Positions 56,787 to 64,000 of a stretch of DNA of 64,000 bases are shown piece after piece. The DNA is taken from contig CAVXLD010000001.1 in assembly GCA_963762565.1 (NCBI GenBank), positions 1,312,001-1,376,000 on the forward strand. Direction: 5' to 3'. Position numbers and translations under genes: made by a program. Every line of letters starts with the position of its first letter. Within the stretch, counting starts at the first letter, position 1. The notes beneath the pieces are model-generated. The model was given only the letters and a program-made list of their open reading frames with translations. It ran no database searches and was not told the origin of the DNA. This stretch comes from an uncultured Verrucomicrobiae bacterium (lineage in GTDB: Bacteria; Verrucomicrobiota; Verrucomicrobiia; Chthoniobacterales; JAFAMB01).

Positions 56787-57674
56787 GTGATCAAAGAAAT
56801 CGATCTCTACGCCCGTCAGAAACGGCTAGCGTGGTGGCTGATCACGCCATCCGTTCTGGTTGTCCTGGTAATCATCGCGTACCCGACGATCCAGGTTTTC
56901 GTGTACTCGTTTATGAAGTACAAGCTTGACGGGGTCACCCCGCCAAGCTTCGTCGGGTGGGACAACTACTCTTACGTTTTGAGCGACCCGGATTGGTGGA
57001 GTGCGGTCAGCAACACACTCATCTTTACTGTAGTCTCGGTTATTCTGGAGTGTGTCTTGGGTCTGACCGTCGCCATGGTGGCGAACTCGAAATTTAAAGG
57101 GCGAACCATATTGCGAGTTGCGATTTTAGTTCCTTGGGCAATTCCGACCGTGGTTTCGTCAAAGGTTTGGAGCTGGATGGTCAACGATATCTATGGGGTC
57201 GTAAATATCGTCCTTACCGATCTGCATATTCTGCCCCAGAAAATAGCCTGGCTGGCAACTCCGGCGACCGCGTTGCCGGTGATCATCGCGGTCGATGTAT
57301 GGAAAGCAACGCCTTTCATGGCATTGCTATTATTAGCTGGGCTCCAGTTAATTCCTAAAGACCTCTACGAGGCAGGATCGATCGACGGCGCCAACAAGGT
57401 GCGCCAATTCTGGGCGATCACGCTCCCCTTAGTTACGCCAACTCTATTGGTGGCCCTGGTATTTCGAACCCTCGACGCCCTCCGGGTGTTCGACATTTTT
57501 TATGTAATGGTCGGAGGTCAGGGAAATCTCGAGACGATGGCAGTTTATAACCAGCAACAGCTGGTCTCGTTTCTGGATGCGGGTGTGGGTTCGGCCACGT
57601 CGGTGATCATCCTCATCGTGATCATGTTGTTTGTCATCCTGTACACTCGTTTCAGCCGGACAAGTTTCGAATGA
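56787..57674 (+). CDS. Carbohydrate ABC permease (MalF/ThuF-like)
   Basis: PWAIPTVVS, DVWKATPF, LYEAGSIDGA (EAA motif). Confidence 0.93.
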   Translation: MIKEIDLYARQKRLAWWLITPSVLVVLVIIAYPTIQVFVYSFMKYKLDGVTPPSFVGWDNYSYVLSDPDWWSAVSNTLIFTVVSVILECVLGLTVAMVANSKFKGRTILRVAILVPWAIPTVVSSKVWSWMVNDIYGVVNIVLTDLHILPQKIAWLATPATALPVIIAVDVWKATPFMALLLLAGLQLIPKDLYEAGSIDGANKVRQFWAITLPLVTPTLLVALVFRTLDALRVFDIFYVMVGGQGNLETMAVYNQQQLVSFLDAGVGSATSVIILIVIMLFVILYTRFSRTSFE

Positions 57675-58567
57675 GCACTACTAAAACTGTCGCCACGTTA
57701 GAGGCCCCGACCACCCAAGGCGCCACCAAGAAAGCCGATACCAAAGCCACGGTCTTGCGCATTTTGTTTTACGTACTCGTGGTTGTGATCATTGTATTCA
57801 ATTTGTTCCCGTTTTTCTGGGCGCTGCTTTCATCGTTCCGGCCAAGCAATGAATTGTTCTCAACCAAGCTCATTCCGAACGCGCTGACGCTGGACCACTA
57901 CATAGAAGTGTTCAAGGAGCAAAGGTTTGTCCAGAGCTTGGTCAACTCGGTAATCGTAGCCGGCTTAACAGTTTTGATCGCACTGGGTCTCGGTAGTGTT
58001 TGTGCGTATGCATTGGGGCGGCTTCCGTTTCGGTTCAAAGGGCCGGTACTTTACCTGGTCCTCACGATGACGATGTTCCCCCAGATCGCGATTCTTTCCG
58101 GCCTATTTGTAATGCTCAGAACGCTGGACATGTTTAACAGCCGGCAGGGACTGGTGCTGACTTATCTGATCTTCACCATGCCGTTCACCATCTGGGTCAT
58201 GACCCAATATTTTCGTAGTCTGCCTAAGGAGCTCGAAGAGGCAGCCTATGTAGATGGTGCGTCGCCGCTCAAAGTGTTCTGGGAAATCTTGCTTCCTCTC
58301 ACGATGCCGGGACTGGTTTCGACTGGGCTACTGGCATTCATTGCCGCTTGGAACGAATTCTTGTTCGCGTTGACCTTCACGATCACGGACAACATGAAAA
58401 CGGTCCCAGTCGTAATCTCTCAATTCACGGGCGCAAGCTCCTTTGAGCAGCCGTGGGGCTCCATCATGGCCGCCTCAATGGTGGTTACGATTCCGTTGGT
58501 GATCCTGGTTATGATATTCCAGTACCGGATCGTTGAAGGTCTGACCGCTGGCGCAGTCAAAGGCTAA
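57671..58567 (+). CDS. Carbohydrate ABC permease (MalG/ThuG-like)
   Basis: ELEEAAYVDGA, AWNEFLFA, GLTAGAVKG; ATGA overlap. Confidence 0.94.
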   Translation: MSTTKTVATLEAPTTQGATKKADTKATVLRILFYVLVVVIIVFNLFPFFWALLSSFRPSNELFSTKLIPNALTLDHYIEVFKEQRFVQSLVNSVIVAGLTVLIALGLGSVCAYALGRLPFRFKGPVLYLVLTMTMFPQIAILSGLFVMLRTLDMFNSRQGLVLTYLIFTMPFTIWVMTQYFRSLPKELEEAAYVDGASPLKVFWEILLPLTMPGLVSTGLLAFIAAWNEFLFALTFTITDNMKTVPVVISQFTGASSFEQPWGSIMAASMVVTIPLVILVMIFQYRIVEGLTAGAVKG

Positions 58568-58630
58568 ATCTCGGCTAGTCCAGTAAAACAGCATTGCTTT
58601 TGCTCGGGCGAGTCGCTTAAAAAGAGCGGC

Positions 58631-58975
58631 TTGCATAAGACAGTCACAAAGGTCTTTCTTGCTCCAGCTTTGGCCCTGCTCCTATGGCCTCTCGCGGCGC
58701 GGGTTCAGGCAGATGAATTGCCCAAGTTCAGCGATGCCAAAGTGAACGAATTCGTCAGTCAGTATGCCGATTTTGTAAAAAAGTATATTGAAGCCTATAA
58801 CGCCGCGAAGACTGGTAATCCAGCCGCGTTCAACCAGTTAAAGACCCAGGTGAAAAAGTTGCAAGATGAGATCGCAGAAGTGGCAGAAAAACTACAATCT
58901 AAGCCGGAGGAAGTTCAAAGATACGAACTATTTATTACGACTTACACGGAGAAAATGATTGACGGTACCAAGTAG
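58631..58975 (+). CDS. Secreted helical hypothetical protein (paralog 1)
   Basis: Signal peptide; PKFSDAKVNEFVSQYADFVKKY. Confidence 0.75.
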   Translation: MHKTVTKVFLAPALALLLWPLAARVQADELPKFSDAKVNEFVSQYADFVKKYIEAYNAAKTGNPAAFNQLKTQVKKLQDEIAEVAEKLQSKPEEVQRYELFITTYTEKMIDGTK

Positions 58976-59010
58976 AAAAAGCTAGTCAATCAAGTCCCCG
59001 CCAAACTCAA

Positions 59011-59358
59011 ATGAAAAAACTCTACTACACCCTTCGAAATCTCTGTTTGGTTATCGCCTGTATGGCGGTGGGCAGCTTCATTGCCAGCCGTGCTCTTGGT
59101 GACGATGTTCCGACGTTTAGCGATCCGGCAGTAAACACCTTCGTGAAAACGTACGCCCAGTTTGTGAGCGACTACCTTGACGCGTACAAAGCCATGAAAA
59201 CAGGCGACAACAGCAAAATCACGGCGCTGCAGACAAAACTGCCCGAACTGCAATCTGAAGCGAGTCAGGTGGCCGGCAAAGTGAAGCCTGATGAAGCGAC
59301 CAAATTTCAAACATTCGTAACCGGTTGCGCCCAGAAGGTCGTGGACGCGACGAAATAG
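59011..59358 (+). CDS. Secreted helical hypothetical protein (paralog 2)
   Basis: Signal peptide; PTFSDPAVNTFVKTYAQFVSDY, alignable to paralog 1. Confidence 0.8.
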   Translation: MKKLYYTLRNLCLVIACMAVGSFIASRALGDDVPTFSDPAVNTFVKTYAQFVSDYLDAYKAMKTGDNSKITALQTKLPELQSEASQVAGKVKPDEATKFQTFVTGCAQKVVDATK

Positions 59359-59428
59359 CTGCGTTACGCAGCCCGCCGGCTTGATCTGCGTCGTTTACCC
59401 GACTGAGCCGGCGCAGCGATTATTGATC

Positions 59429-59460
59429 GACCCAGGGCCGAACGTATTCGATCCTGGGTC
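59429..59460. repeat. Small dispersed hairpin, copy 2
   Basis: GACCCAGGGCCGAACGTATTCGATCCTGGGTC. Confidence 0.6.
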
Positions 59461-59612
59461 TTATCGTTTAAACTATCCTGCTGAAAAGCCCTGGATGTCC
59501 CCGCCCTCGGTAGCAGTCCGACAGCAGCCGGATCCCTACCGTTTTCCTGGACGCCTCGAAATGCTTGCGCATTTTAGCAGAATAAAGGCTACTCTTTGGC
59601 CTTTGGTCCACT

Positions 59613-60671
59613 ATGGCTTTTCGATTTGAAAATCACGAAACGCCGATTGACGGGTTAAAACGCGTCGCAAGTGAACGGCTGGAGCAAGCGATCATGGCCG
59701 CCGGGATTAAGCCGCGGCCAAGCGCTGAAGATGTACATGAGATTAGAAAAGATCTGAAGAGCTTGCGCGCTCTTCTTCAGTTGGCTCGTGGGCATTTGGC
59801 CAAGGCCACCCGAGGCCAGGAGAACCTGGTCTTGCGTGACGCTGGCCGGACGCTCTCAAGCAGCCGCGACGCCGAGGCTTTACTAGAGTCTCTAGAGAAA
59901 CTTTTCGGCACTCACGAACAACCGAAAGGAGAAGCGTTGCATCCCGCCGGTCGACAAATTATCGACCGAATCAGACAGCAACTCCAAACTGAATCCGCTC
60001 GTTCTTTAACCCATCGCGAACTCAAGACGGTTACAGAGATGTTGTCGAGTATGCGCGCTCGGATTCCCGAATGGGTATTTGCCACTGGCGTTATACAGCG
60101 CGGGAGTATGCTGTTGGCAACTGGCTTGGAACGGACTTACCGGCGAGGGCGCCAGCACTATCGGATCGTCGAGACGATTGGGATGGAGAATGCCACGGAT
60201 GAGCTTTGGCACGAGATTCGTAAGCAAGCCAAAGCGCTGGGTTACCAGCTGAGACTACTCAGAAAGATTTGGCCGTCCGCTCTTCACGCCTGGATCGATG
60301 CGCTAGACGAGATTTCTGACGGCTTAGGCGACGATCACGACTTTGCCCTGATCCAGCAAAAGCTCATAGAGTTGCCTTTCGAGCCGGCTGATACCGAAGG
60401 ACACGTTAACGCACGGCAGGCGCTCCTGCGCACGATCGATCGGCGACGGCAGCGGCTTAAGCTGTTTTCCCTCAATCGCGCTCGGATGATCTATGTGGAG
60501 AAGCCGGCTCGATTTGTGGAGCGTCTAAGCGTGTACTGGGAACTATGGAGAGACGGAGGTAAAGCAGTTGCGCCCAGGAAACGGACTGGCGACGAGCACA
60601 AGCCTGGTGAGCCTGGTCACAAACAAAACGTGACCGCAAACGGGCCCGCCTTAGCCAAACGACTCCACTAA
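59613..60671 (+). CDS. CHAD-domain protein (polyphosphate-binding family)
   Basis: VHEIRKDLKSLRALL, SRDAE, WHEIRKQAK..Y, LGDDHD. Confidence 0.92.
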   Translation: MAFRFENHETPIDGLKRVASERLEQAIMAAGIKPRPSAEDVHEIRKDLKSLRALLQLARGHLAKATRGQENLVLRDAGRTLSSSRDAEALLESLEKLFGTHEQPKGEALHPAGRQIIDRIRQQLQTESARSLTHRELKTVTEMLSSMRARIPEWVFATGVIQRGSMLLATGLERTYRRGRQHYRIVETIGMENATDELWHEIRKQAKALGYQLRLLRKIWPSALHAWIDALDEISDGLGDDHDFALIQQKLIELPFEPADTEGHVNARQALLRTIDRRRQRLKLFSLNRARMIYVEKPARFVERLSVYWELWRDGGKAVAPRKRTGDEHKPGEPGHKQNVTANGPALAKRLH

Positions 60672-60703
60672 CCTCGACGAATCCGAGCAGGGTTGCAAAT
60701 CTG

Positions 60704-60821
60704 GGGAGGGCGCGCGTCCTCGCGCGCCGCGGACAGGTATCGGTCGTGAAGCAGGCTAAGCGCTGGATCTGGTCTATCCTGGGCTTCGCGAACAACGGAT
60801 CGCGAGGACGCGATCCCTCCC
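60704..60821. repeat. REP-doublet family A, copy 5
   Basis: GGGAGGGCGCGCGTCCTCGCGCGCC ... GGATCGCGAGGACGCGATCCCTCCC. Confidence 0.9.
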
Positions 60822-60918
60822 GGACGCCGTGACCCGCGACCATTAACAGACAAGAACGAAGCATCTTGTGCGGTTGGAGATGCTGAAGGGCCAGCCCGGC
60901 TTTGGCACACAGTACCGT

Positions 60919-61143
60919 TCACTGGGTTCCGGTTGCTGATGGCGAGGGGGAGGGAGAAGAGTTCCCCGGTTTGGGCAGCGAAAGAGTCTTAAGCTGGTCG
61001 CCAAACTGATGGAGTTCCGCTTGCAAAGCATCTGTCTGCGTCCGGACCTCAGCGTTGAGCTCATTTCTCCTCGGATCCGGGAGAAACAAGACCGCTGCTC
61101 CTCCAATTATCAATCCCAACAGGAAGGCCACGAGAGTTCTCAT
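60919..61143 (-). CDS. Small membrane-anchored protein
   Basis: GGAG RBS; N-terminal TM FLLGLIIGGAAVLFL, coiled segment, SP-rich tail. Confidence 0.75.
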   Translation of the reverse strand: MRTLVAFLLGLIIGGAAVLFLPDPRRNELNAEVRTQTDALQAELHQFGDQLKTLSLPKPGNSSPSPSPSATGTQ

Positions 61144-61164
61144 GTCTCCCTTGTTCGCAATTAG

Positions 61165-61686
61165 TCATTCGGCCGGCTGTTTCGCGACTGATTCCTTTAC
61201 CTTGGTCCAAACCGCTGTCCGACCGAGTAGGGAGATCCCGATATAGCCCCTCAGCTTTAGCGTGTCGCCGCCGCTATACTCCAGAAAAGAAGAGTAGGTG
61301 TTTCCCGACTTAGGATCGTAAACAGTTCCGTGGTCCCATTTTCCTGATCCTTCCGGGGTGAAGCCGGTCATGAAAACCAACCCGATAAGGGGCCGGTTCC
61401 TTTTCGCCGGATCCGGATTCGAGATGTCGGTTTTTTCAATCCCGTCCGACGTGTATTCTTTGTTCAACGCGGCGATCTTTCCACTCAGCGTTCCATCCAC
61501 TTCAAAAATTTCGATCTCTGCATCTTGGGTTTTCCAGAGTCCCACTGGAGCCGTTCCTTCGTCCGCTCTACTCGCGCTCGGTGAGATTGCGGAGGCTAGG
61601 AGTAACGTTAAAACGGCGATTTTCCTGAACCCCGTGTATAAGCCGATCAACCCTGGATCTGGCGTTGGATTTGACTTTGATTGCAT
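61165..61686 (-). CDS. DUF2147-domain protein
   Basis: GLWKT, NPDPAKRNRPLIGL, GTVYDPKSGNTY, LKLRGYIGISLLGRT..W; start uncertain. Confidence 0.9.
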   Translation of the reverse strand: MQSKSNPTPDPGLIGLYTGFRKIAVLTLLLASAISPSASRADEGTAPVGLWKTQDAEIEIFEVDGTLSGKIAALNKEYTSDGIEKTDISNPDPAKRNRPLIGLVFMTGFTPEGSGKWDHGTVYDPKSGNTYSSFLEYSGGDTLKLRGYIGISLLGRTAVWTKVKESVAKQPAE

Positions 61687-62006
61687 AGCCGGCGTCCCAT
61701 CTGTCTCTCCTGAGGCTCTCAAGTAGTAAACGCCTCACCCCATAATTTATTCCCACGGGTGTTTCCGGGTTCAAGTTCAGCTGCGTTGCGTCTAGCTTGG
61801 TTTCAGCCTGAACGGCATCAACCATCGCGCAGCGTCGCACCTCGCTTCATCGCCCTGAGAAATGTTGATCGGGTGGCTCTTTTCCGCTTACTAAGGCTTC
61901 ACTACCATGCTTTTGTAGAATTCGCGCGCCGATAAACCGATGGCCGGGCTTGTGTTACAGACGACCATCTGGTAATAGCAAAGCGATCTTAAGGTAGGAA
62001 AGATCT

Positions 62007-62177
62007 ATGGAAAACTTGACCTGGTTAGCGGCAGTGACTCTTTCGTTTTCTTTAGGGCCAGTCGTGGCTTTGATAGCGGGCGTTCTGATTCTAATCATGC
62101 CGCGGCTGTTAAACTTCATCGTGGCGCTTTACCTGATAATCGTCGGCTTGAGCGGCCTTTTGCATTGGCCTCTATAG
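62007..62177 (+). CDS. DUF3096 small membrane protein (56 aa, not in the ORF track)
   Basis: PVVALIAGVLILIMPRLLNFIVALYLIIVGL signature; AGGA RBS. Confidence 0.9.
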   Translation: MENLTWLAAVTLSFSLGPVVALIAGVLILIMPRLLNFIVALYLIIVGLSGLLHWPL

Positions 62178-62250
62178 TTAGGGCCGCGAAAGACGCGCCA
62201 ACGACCTGAGCAGCCCCGATATCGCTTTCCAGGCTGGCAAAGAGAGTCGT

Positions 62251-63018
62251 CTATTCCCGCTTGGGCAAGGTTCCTTTTTCGATCAGGAGCCGCAGAGCAT
62301 CATCGAATCCTCGCCAAGCCGCGGCCGCTAAACCGCCGCCGGTGCTCACCCGCCTCACACCAATGTCTGCCAAGCTGGCAACGCGCATCTCGGGTCCCAT
62401 CAGCAGCGCATTTACTGGCTTCGGCGCCACGGCCGAAACCAATTCAGCCATCGCCGAAAGATCTCTGATACCAGGAGCATACAAACAATCGGCTCCGGCA
62501 TTTGCGTAAGCCACAAGTCGCTCGATAGTCGCCGCAAGATCCGTCTGTCCAATGAGAAACCCTTCCGACCGGGCAACCAAAATAACGTCGTGGCCCGATT
62601 TCGTGATCGCCTCTCGCGCTGCTTTGATTCGATTTACTGCCAGCCGTAATTCGTAAAGAGAACGGCCGGTTCGATCCTCGATCGAGAGGCCAGCCACACC
62701 TGTGTCGAGGGCAAGAGTGACGTTCGCCGCGACATCCTCCGGCTCATCGGCAAAACCGGCTTCGAAATCGGCGTTAATCGGTAGATCCGTGGCGGCAGAG
62801 AGGAAACGTAAATGCGTCAGCACCTCGTCGAGCGACAGTTCGCCGTCATTTCGTCCAATAGCCCAGGCAGCGCCGGCGCTGGTCGAAGCCAGCGCCTTGA
62901 ACCCGGCCTTCTCGAGCCGTCTGATTCCGCCTAGGTCCCAAGGGTTCGGTAAGACAAAGCATCCCTCCTGATGGAGAGCCCGAAAAGAGGCACGTTTTGC
63001 GCGCAGATCCGTATCCAT
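62251..63018 (-). CDS. Isocitrate lyase / PEP mutase family protein
   Basis: FRALH..GCFVLPNPWD, ALASTSAG, NADFEAG, SIED, AGADCLYAPG; GGAGG RBS. Confidence 0.93.
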   Translation of the reverse strand: MDTDLRAKRASFRALHQEGCFVLPNPWDLGGIRRLEKAGFKALASTSAGAAWAIGRNDGELSLDEVLTHLRFLSAATDLPINADFEAGFADEPEDVAANVTLALDTGVAGLSIEDRTGRSLYELRLAVNRIKAAREAITKSGHDVILVARSEGFLIGQTDLAATIERLVAYANAGADCLYAPGIRDLSAMAELVSAVAPKPVNALLMGPEMRVASLADIGVRRVSTGGGLAAAAWRGFDDALRLLIEKGTLPKRE

Positions 63019-63070
63019 ATCCTCCGTTCGTTTAATCCACGAAAAAGAGATTTCAATCTGAATAGGCTGG

Positions 63071-63505
63071 TTAAGCCGAGACTGAGGCGCAGAGCAGGAG
63101 AAACCCGAGGAGAAAGAAGACCGCCGAGATAATGCGGACAATTCGCAAGGTTTGTTCACCGGAGACCGGGAAAGGGATACCGCTCAAATCCTGTTCCGGC
63201 GGTAGATCTCGGAATGGAATCACCCACCAGATGGCGATCACTAGACAGACACTGAGACAAAAGACCGCTCCCCAAGCAGTGGCATTAGCAACGCCACCGG
63301 AACCGAAGCGCAATGCGTAGATCACCGTCGCCAAAAGGTCTCCCCCCAACAACAGAACATACACGATGGTATCGAGGTTCGAAGGCTCATGCTGGCTAGG
63401 CAAATCCGGGGAATGATGGCTAACCAGATCATGCCTCACCATCGCATATTGATAGACTGCGAAGACGCCCGAAAGAACTAGGACGAAAAACTTGAGCCAG
63501 TCCAT
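63071..63505 (-). CDS. Hypothetical membrane protein (about 4 TM)
   Basis: MDWLKFFV start with GGAG RBS; four hydrophobic segments. Confidence 0.6.
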   Translation of the reverse strand: MDWLKFFVLVLSGVFAVYQYAMVRHDLVSHHSPDLPSQHEPSNLDTIVYVLLLGGDLLATVIYALRFGSGGVANATAWGAVFCLSVCLVIAIWWVIPFRDLPPEQDLSGIPFPVSGEQTLRIVRIISAVFFLLGFLLLCASVSA

Positions 63506-63768
63506 AGGAGTTAGCGCTCCCTTGCTGCCTCTATCGATCGATTCACCGGTCGCAAAAATCCTTTCCTTAGCCGGTTTGGCTTCCAAATTATCTGCATTTG
63601 GTAGCGATACCAGCTGTGAGTAGAATACTCCGTTTACGCCGGAGCATTCTACTGCTTTTTTCTTGAGACGCCCTCGGAAGCCAGATACAGAGCGCAGACG
63701 ACGGAAAGACGTGCGTACGTACGCTCTCTCCTTGCTTACCACGGCCTCGCACGCGAGGCGCGCTCCAC

Positions 63769-63808
63769 AAAAGAAAACCCGCCCAACCTTACGGCGGGAC
63801 GGGTTTTC
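63769..63808 (-). terminator. Rho-independent terminator of groEL
   Basis: GAAAACCCGTCCCGCC-GTAA-GGTTGGGCGGGTTTTC followed by TTTT on the minus strand. Confidence 0.8.
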
Positions 63809-63832
63809 GAAGTGCTTAGCTGGACTGCTCTC

Positions 63833-64000
63833 TTAGTAGTCCATGCCGCCCATACCGGGCATTCCACCACCCGGGGCACCAGCCGGTTTATCTTTCTCCG
63901 GCAATTCTGTCACCAGGGCTTCAGTCATCAACAGCAACCCGGAGATAGAAGCCGCATTTTGCAGCGCGGTTCTGGTCACCTTGGTCGGGTCGACAACACC
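63833..64000 (-). CDS. groL: Chaperonin GroEL, C-terminal fragment
   Basis: [27 protein letters not shown]...[15 protein letters not shown]. Confidence 0.97.
   Translation of the reverse strand, partial: GVVDPTKVTRTALQNAASISGLLLMTEALVTELPEKDKPAGAPGGGMPGMGGMDY

Noticed and set aside
1..64000. tRNA, rRNA, riboswitch, prophage or IS transposase
   Set aside because: None recognised by eye; a covariance-model search would be needed to exclude small RNAs.

Overview
Bacterial chromosomal window, moderately GC-rich. Gene content (RNase HIII, GlpX, an ECF42-type sigma/YciI cluster, conserved hypotheticals) suggests a soil Verrucomicrobiota/Spartobacteria-like genome; this is inference only. It is mostly housekeeping and metabolic DNA: two sugar ABC systems, trpB, mutY, rnhC, HU, rnc, lptG-like, hisF, recJ, glpX, thuA, lgt, a Ski2-like helicase, bioB, a kdpFABC operon with an unusual sigma54-type regulatory module, and the 3' end of groEL. 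I saw no rRNA, tRNA, CRISPR array, integrase or transposase. The main signal is intergenic: many spacers hold small symmetric elements. These are (i) REP-like inverted doublets starting GTAG/GTGG/GGAG whose hairpin loops carry fixed-length (66-69 nt) or nested insertions mirrored in both arms, and (ii) inverted pairs of 6-10 bp tandem arrays that are empty, wrap other elements, or in one case bracket a four-helix-bundle (Avd-like) gene. Other notable items: a release-factor-like protein missing its GGQ loop, a TIR-kinase-pseudokinase-FGE protein, and a frameshifted DUF4062-TPR gene. All family names come from recalled motifs; no database search was run.
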